Source of the DNA: Candidatus Bathyarchaeum tardum
GTDB lineage: Archaea; Thermoproteota; Bathyarchaeia; Bathyarchaeales; Bathyarchaeaceae
Assembly (NCBI GenBank): GCA_024650005.2
Contig: CP122380.1
Coordinates: forward strand, 800,001-864,000
Length of the DNA stretch: 64,000 nt
Reading direction: 5' to 3'
The notes under the pieces were generated by a model. That model did not search any database. It saw nothing but the letters and a program-made list of their open reading frames with translations, and was not told where the DNA came from. The position numbers and the translations under genes are program-made. Shown here piece after piece: positions 58,507-64,000 of this stretch (its first letter is position 1; each line of letters begins with the position of its first letter).

Positions 58507-59203
58507 CTAGTTTTCCTCCGACATGTTGCAATGGGATAACTTTCTTTAGGACATTTTCTAGAAAATTTTTGAAGATTTACTAAAACACAATCAGGTGTCA
58601 TTATGTTGCATCTAAAGTCCCCCAACACCAAAGAATTCTTCATTTATGTTGACACCTTGTGTGCCCTGCGAGTTGGGCAATTTTCAGTTGATATCAAATA
58701 TAATGAGTGTGAATATAGAATATATAATACTGCCGATGATTTGCATTTTAAATCAGAATAAGAAAACCTTAATTTTTGATGGAAACTGTTTTTCAGGCAA
58801 AAAAACGCAGTCTTTAATTTTTTCTGAAACATAGCAACCACCTAAAACGTACCGTTTCTACGCCTACAACAAAGGCAGGTAACATATAACAGTTTTCAAC
58901 ATAAAACATATAAAATATTCAAATTCAGAACCCGAATAACATCATCAGATATACTTCTACATAACATTACAAAAAAACAACAAAAAAGAAAAAAAATTCA
59001 CCCAAACGCAAATCCAAAAAAAACAGAACAACAAACAACCCCCCCGTTACAACAAAAAAACTTGCCCAACACGGCACCGTAAACTACAGCTGAGAGCACT
59101 TGGGAATACACAACAAAACACCTCCAGAACTATGCGAAATCAAAGTCAAAGAAAAAAACAAACAAAAACATTGATAAAAAAAAGCAAATTGTGAAGAAAA
59201 AAA

Positions 59204-59530
59204 TTAAGCAGTTATTTTAAGAAACAAATCTTTTTTTTGCTTTGATTTTGGAACAGCAAATTTTTCAGGTTTTTTTTCAACCACTGCAAACATTTTTGCA
59301 ACATTTTCGGGAACATTAACGTCTATGATTTCCTTTTTTGAAGATTTCTTATGATTTAGATATTCGTCAGCAAAAGAACGAGTTATTGTTTTAACATCCG
59401 TAAAGTCAACGACTATTTTATTATTTTCTAATCGTTCTATGCGTTTGAAAAAATTTTGTGCAGAATTTCTCAGAGCTAAATCTGGGGATACAGCTTCTTT
59501 TATTGAAATGGTTTCACTCAAGAAATTCAT
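59204..59530 (-). CDS. STAS-like (DUF4325) protein
   Basis: IVVDFTDVKTITRSFADE. Confidence 0.8.
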   Translation of the reverse strand: MNFLSETISIKEAVSPDLALRNSAQNFFKRIERLENNKIVVDFTDVKTITRSFADEYLNHKKSSKKEIIDVNVPENVAKMFAVVEKKPEKFAVPKSKQKKDLFLKITA

Positions 59531-60290
59531 ATATGTTCACCTCATTACCCATAAATGGGATTCTAAACCCTACTAGGGTTCCTGTTAACTCAAGCTCTTT
59601 TTCCAGTCTATAAGGTTGTCGGTATTTTTCCGTTGTCAATAACCCACCGTTTCCAGAGATAATTAACATATCTCCTGAGGTTCCATTAGTACAAATACGC
59701 ATTGTGGTGTTTAAACCAAATCCTCTTTCCTTGCTTTTTGTAGAAACACCTTCAGTTGCCTCAATAATTGCTTCACAATCGTTTCTACCTTCTAATCCGT
59801 GTTTTTTAAAACAACCGTTAATCGTAATTCCATCATCAAAAAAACACACATCAGTAAAACCTTTTGTTGGGTACCTTTGAGCCATGACTAAAGCAGTATT
59901 GAATTCTGAATGTTCATAAATATTGTCAACTATTTCACCAATAAGATATTTGAAAGCGTTTTCTCCACCGCATTCGTTGTAACAGTCACACAATTCGTAG
60001 AGTCTTTTCATGATTGCGTTGACTGAATTTTTGTTTTTTGGCAGTGCAACTAAAGGTAAGTATGTTTTTCCACGAGATTTGTTAAACCTAGTCCCATCTG
60101 TTACAGTTTGTAGATATTTACGCACACTCGGAGTTAGTGGAAGCGTGAAATCAGGATTGTTTCTAAGAATGAAAGCAATTAAAGGCAACAGTGTTACAGG
60201 GTAAAAAAAAGTTTCAGCTTCCAAATCTATTAATCCACTTTCAATGCACTCACTTCTGTATACACAGAATTTTTCATAACCCTTTATCAA
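59514..60290 (-). CDS. Histidine-kinase-like (HATPase_c) ATP-binding protein
   Basis: EIVDNIYEHS (N box), DDGITI (G1), GVSTK..RGFGL, GTLV. Confidence 0.85.
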   Translation of the reverse strand: MIKGYEKFCVYRSECIESGLIDLEAETFFYPVTLLPLIAFILRNNPDFTLPLTPSVRKYLQTVTDGTRFNKSRGKTYLPLVALPKNKNSVNAIMKRLYELCDCYNECGGENAFKYLIGEIVDNIYEHSEFNTALVMAQRYPTKGFTDVCFFDDGITINGCFKKHGLEGRNDCEAIIEATEGVSTKSKERGFGLNTTMRICTNGTSGDMLIISGNGGLLTTEKYRQPYRLEKELELTGTLVGFRIPFMGNEVNIYEFLE

Positions 60291-60473
60291 ACTTGACAGT
60301 TAGACACCTCATAACAAACAAAATAGGGTATCAGTTTTTCATTAAAACCTTTTGTTTGCATAATACTTCGAATATTGCATCCAACAAAATTTACAGCCCA
60401 AAAAATCTGACAAAGACTTTATGGACCTTGCGGCACAGTATAAATCCTGAAATTACCTGTAGCTGCTTTAAAC

Positions 60474-60785
60474 TTAACACAGGTTTGCAATTCTTGTGGA
60501 TTGAATATAATCATTAAACTCTAAACTGTCGGGTTTTCCTACTAGCTTTATTGGTTTTTTAATTTTCCTAAAAAGGGATTTCATAATCAAAGAATGAATT
60601 ATGGCAGCAGCAGATCCAAAGAGACGTTCTAAACCGTTTGTAAACTGGTCAATCTGGTAGGGAATATCATTTTTCTTTAACCCATGAATGTTTTCAAGAT
60701 ACAAATAAACAACCTGTTTTGCTTGTTCACCAAGAACCGACAATGCTTCATCAACCGAATTTGCTAACGCTTCAACGAAATCCAA
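60474..60785 (-). CDS. DUF3227/NitrOD5-like signalling output protein
   Basis: VDEALSVLGE..VYLYLE..F..GLERLFGSAA, downstream of a kinase. Confidence 0.65.
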   Translation of the reverse strand: MDFVEALANSVDEALSVLGEQAKQVVYLYLENIHGLKKNDIPYQIDQFTNGLERLFGSAAAIIHSLIMKSLFRKIKKPIKLVGKPDSLEFNDYIQSTRIANLC

Positions 60786-60905
60786 AGTTAACCACCAACT
60801 AACAGCAATTACCGCAACACGACATCGTAATACTTAATATACGCCATTGCAGTTTTGGACATATATCAAAAAACATAATATCTACACAAACGTACGCATT
60901 TTACA

Positions 60906-63188
60906 TTAATCCAAAAAAACGCCAACTCTGGCTTTAACTTCACCTTTTGGAACCAAACGTTTTGGTATGCATATACGAAATTGAACACCATTTCCAGGAA
61001 CACCAACTTCATCGATGCTCCAACCGTAAACGTTGCACATTAACCGAACAAGATGCAAACCTATTCCGGTTCCTTTGCCGTAGCCTTCGGTGAAAACCTT
61101 CTCTTTTTCCAACTCGCTAATGCCTATGCCGTTGTCTTCATAAAAAACAACCAACTCATCATCCAAATCAGCATAACGCAGGGCGAGACTGGTCACTTTT
61201 TTTCCATGCTTTAGGCTATTTTCAACCAAATTATAAAACAAAGTCTCCAACAAAGAATCAGCAAACAGCTTTAGGCCTTTACAATCATTTAATATTAACA
61301 GATCATCTTTGCGTTTCAAAAAAGACGAAACTGCATTTTCAAAAACTTTACCAACATCGATTTCCTCTAGTTTTTCTGAACCTAACTGCTGAAAAACCCG
61401 AGAAAAATCAAAAATCCGATTAATATCAACAACAGCATTTTCAACCCCCAAAAGATACTGCATAATTTCAGCTTGATTTTCAGGCAACCTCATTTTCGCC
61501 AAATACACATTATTCAAAATCACCGACAACTTGTTAGCTGCATCATGCCGGGTCGATTTACCAACAATATTCAACTTCTCGTTTACTATTTGCAAACTTT
61601 TGACCATAGCCTCTATTTTTTCTTCGGCCCGTTTATACTGGGTAATTTCAGTTATCGTTCCTAGAATCGCATTTTTTCCAGCATACAAAATTAATTTAGT
61701 ACATAAAATTCCCTGTATTACCTCGCCATGCTTTGAAACAATTGAATACTCTACAGGGGGAACATCTTCACCGTTCATATGCTTACAAAAATTTTTCATT
61801 ACCTTTTCTTTATCTTGAGGAGCAATTAAACAGACAAAATCAAAACTTGGATCATAAAACTCATCTTTTGTGTACCCTGTTACTTCTTCACATTTCTTGT
61901 TCGCATAAACAACTTTCCCATTTTGATTAATAAAAATCATGTTAGGCGACTGCTCAGCAAGGGTCCTAAACTTTTGTTCAGACTCTCTTATCTGATTCGC
62001 TTTCAACTTCTGTTTAGTAACATCTAAAGCAATTTCAGTAGCACCAACAATTTTTCCTGCTTCATCTTTTATCGCAGTTGCAACCAAATTCAGATAAACA
62101 ACATTTCCATTCTTACTGTGAATCACCCTGTTATGAACAACTTGATCTTTACCGGTTTCAAAAACCTCTTTCACGCCACAGTTTGCACAAATTGAATCAC
62201 CATATCCAAAAGTAGAATAACACTTTTTTCCGATCACATCACCAAAAATGTTAACCAAAACCTTGTTAGCGTAAACAACATCAAAATCTTTTGAAATAAC
62301 AGACAAACCCGAACGAGTATTCTCAGTTACATTTTCTAACATTCTCTTTTGAAATTTCACGTCCTCTAAAGCCTTTTTTTGCTCGGTAATATCAACAATG
62401 TAACCATTCCATAGGATGCTGCCGTCAGAATGCTTTTCTGGCTTAGAACTACCGAGCATCCACTTGACCGGACCTCCGGGAAATTGAACACGAAACTCAC
62501 TGCGCCATAATTTAAGTTTTTCAGCAGAATCAACAATCGACTGCAAAACCCGATCTTTATCTTCTGCAAAAAGAACTTCTTTAATCGGAAACAAATCAGT
62601 TTTCACCTCGTCAGGGCTGCAACCAAAAACATCTTTAATTCCATCGGTAGAAAAAGGAACACAAAAACTGCCATCGGGCCTCATTTTAAACTGATAAAGC
62701 ATACCCGGAGTTTGCTCAGCAATTTTTTTAAGACGATCTTTATGCTCTTTTAACATTTTTTCGGCTACATTTTTATTAAAAATTTGTTTAACGTAATGGG
62801 ACAATTCACCGTAGACTGTTTCAGGTTTCCCAATTTTGTTAATGTAATAATTTGCACCTAAATTCAACGCTTTTACAGCAACTTCTTCCCGACCTTTTCC
62901 AGTTAACAAAATAAACGGAGTATGATTATTGCTTTCCCTAATTTGAGCTAAAAAAACTAACCCATCTTTTTCAGGCATCTGAAAATCTGAAACAATCACA
63001 TCAAAATCTTGCTTTAAAACAAACTGCAAAGCTTCATTAACTGAACTAACACAAGTGACTAGAATGTTTCCATCCAACTCTAAAATCTGCTTTGACGTAT
63101 CCAAAAAATCTAAATCATCATCTACATGAAGAACCTGTATCGGCTTGAACGTGCCATTACTTAAACATGCTTGACGATTTTTGGTCAA
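60906..63188 (-). CDS. Hybrid sensor histidine kinase (REC-PAS x3-HK)
   Basis: VLHVDDD, VSDFQMPEKDG, PAS repeats, H-box RHDAANKL, NLVENSLKHG, DNGIG, GTGIGL. Confidence 0.93.
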   Translation of the reverse strand: MTKNRQACLSNGTFKPIQVLHVDDDLDFLDTSKQILELDGNILVTCVSSVNEALQFVLKQDFDVIVSDFQMPEKDGLVFLAQIRESNNHTPFILLTGKGREEVAVKALNLGANYYINKIGKPETVYGELSHYVKQIFNKNVAEKMLKEHKDRLKKIAEQTPGMLYQFKMRPDGSFCVPFSTDGIKDVFGCSPDEVKTDLFPIKEVLFAEDKDRVLQSIVDSAEKLKLWRSEFRVQFPGGPVKWMLGSSKPEKHSDGSILWNGYIVDITEQKKALEDVKFQKRMLENVTENTRSGLSVISKDFDVVYANKVLVNIFGDVIGKKCYSTFGYGDSICANCGVKEVFETGKDQVVHNRVIHSKNGNVVYLNLVATAIKDEAGKIVGATEIALDVTKQKLKANQIRESEQKFRTLAEQSPNMIFINQNGKVVYANKKCEEVTGYTKDEFYDPSFDFVCLIAPQDKEKVMKNFCKHMNGEDVPPVEYSIVSKHGEVIQGILCTKLILYAGKNAILGTITEITQYKRAEEKIEAMVKSLQIVNEKLNIVGKSTRHDAANKLSVILNNVYLAKMRLPENQAEIMQYLLGVENAVVDINRIFDFSRVFQQLGSEKLEEIDVGKVFENAVSSFLKRKDDLLILNDCKGLKLFADSLLETLFYNLVENSLKHGKKVTSLALRYADLDDELVVFYEDNGIGISELEKEKVFTEGYGKGTGIGLHLVRLMCNVYGWSIDEVGVPGNGVQFRICIPKRLVPKGEVKARVGVFLD

Positions 63189-63418
63189 ACCAAAACCCCA
63201 ACTAAAAACACAACTGTACTTAACAAAACAAACTAAACAATAAAGGGTTATGAATCCAAAATTAATATCAACATATTAACAAACCCTTCAAACAAAAGTA
63301 AACTTACAACCATCAAAAAAAAACAAAAAAAATACTCAAACACCCATGCAAAAAATAGCCCCCCAACAAACCTTCTTTTTAAACAACCAAAACCGTTTTC
63401 ACAAACAAACAAAACAAA

Positions 63419-63832
63419 CTAAATTGGAGCAAACTTCAAGTTAGCACGGCCTTTAGCACAAACAAGCAACCGTTTACGCTCGGACTCTTTGGTAATCAAA
63501 TCCTTAAAGAAAACTTTAGTTTCCAAATCTTCAGCTTCATCAACAATTTGTTGATACAAACCAAGCATCAAATTTTCAGCCCTAATATCTGACTCAATCA
63601 TTTGTTTTAGGGTAAGATCGGATTTTCCGTCCCCTAAATCAGGAAAATCCCCCATTTTAACAACAAAATCCCCCAAATCCATGGCTTGAATAAATTTATC
63701 CAAAGCATTCTTTCTCAAATCATCTTTAAATTCAGAATTTTCTGCAGTTATGTATTGTTCAAGATACCTGACACTTGAACCAATTTCTTGTTTAATTGCT
63801 TTATTCAACAAATCAACAATCATAACAAACAC
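63419..63832 (-). CDS. Ferritin/bacterioferritin-like protein
   Basis: LLNKAIKQEIGSSVRYLEQ...DIRAEN...YQQIV...E; metal ligands partly degenerate. Confidence 0.7.
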   Translation of the reverse strand: MFVMIVDLLNKAIKQEIGSSVRYLEQYITAENSEFKDDLRKNALDKFIQAMDLGDFVVKMGDFPDLGDGKSDLTLKQMIESDIRAENLMLGLYQQIVDEAEDLETKVFFKDLITKESERKRLLVCAKGRANLKFAPI

Positions 63833-64000
63833 AAATCAAATAATATATACTAAACAAATATTAAAACCCTCGCAAAACATGACACTGTTAAGTTATTTGC
63901 AATAATGTGGAAAATTCTCAATTTTAACTGATTTACTGGTTAATGAATAAATCCATTATATGTGCGAATGAAATTCAACTATCAAACAATATTTTATAAT

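Noticed and set aside
58960-59200. A/C-rich tracts as tandem repeats (also 40-130 and 63200-63420)
   Set aside because: No fixed unit; low-complexity strand bias.
600-62569. Many antisense or nested ORFs in the track (e.g. 600-983, 2628-3077, 4455-4811, 7998-8582, 17908-18225, 55569-55961)
   Set aside because: They overlap well-supported genes and show no recognisable motifs.

Overview
AT-rich archaeal chromosomal window, probably a Bathyarchaeia-like Thermoproteota lineage. That is an inference from the PIN-ATPase-KH protein, MNT-HEPN pairs, a DUF3227/NitrOD5-like protein, a REC-PAS-HK kinase and frequent TTG/GTG starts. (1) 0.2-9.3 kb: methyltransferase, a three-gene DUF2589 operon, two anchored surface proteins, a sugar-phosphate nucleotidyltransferase, an MFS transporter and dodecin. 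(2) About 9.4-41.1 kb, the main result: a dense array of about a dozen intact known or predicted toxin-antitoxin pairs (RelE, VapBC, HicAB, MNT-HEPN, DUF4258/YgiT-AbrB, DUF5678/retropepsin), plus orphan genes and many decayed fragments. The modules are separated by about 17 co-oriented full or partial copies of a ~160-230 bp non-coding element. It is built from three inverted repeats: GTTGTTGTT..AACAACAAC with an A/T loop, AGTAGTYGTY..RACRACTACT with compensatory changes, and GTTGTTGTTG-poly(G)-CAACAACAAC. Several modules occur twice in a different order, and one 1,044-bp module is gained or lost exactly between two CAACAACATYTTG motifs. This looks like an integron-like cassette array with a non-attC site and no recombinase in the window. 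An NAD-dependent epimerase recurs five times behind the G-loop hairpin. (3) 41.3-64 kb: a minus-strand surface-glycosylation cluster, then a HATPase/STAS-like pair, a hybrid histidine kinase and a ferritin-like protein. No rRNA, tRNA, CRISPR array, transposase or integrase was recognised. All family calls are by eye from motifs; no database was searched.
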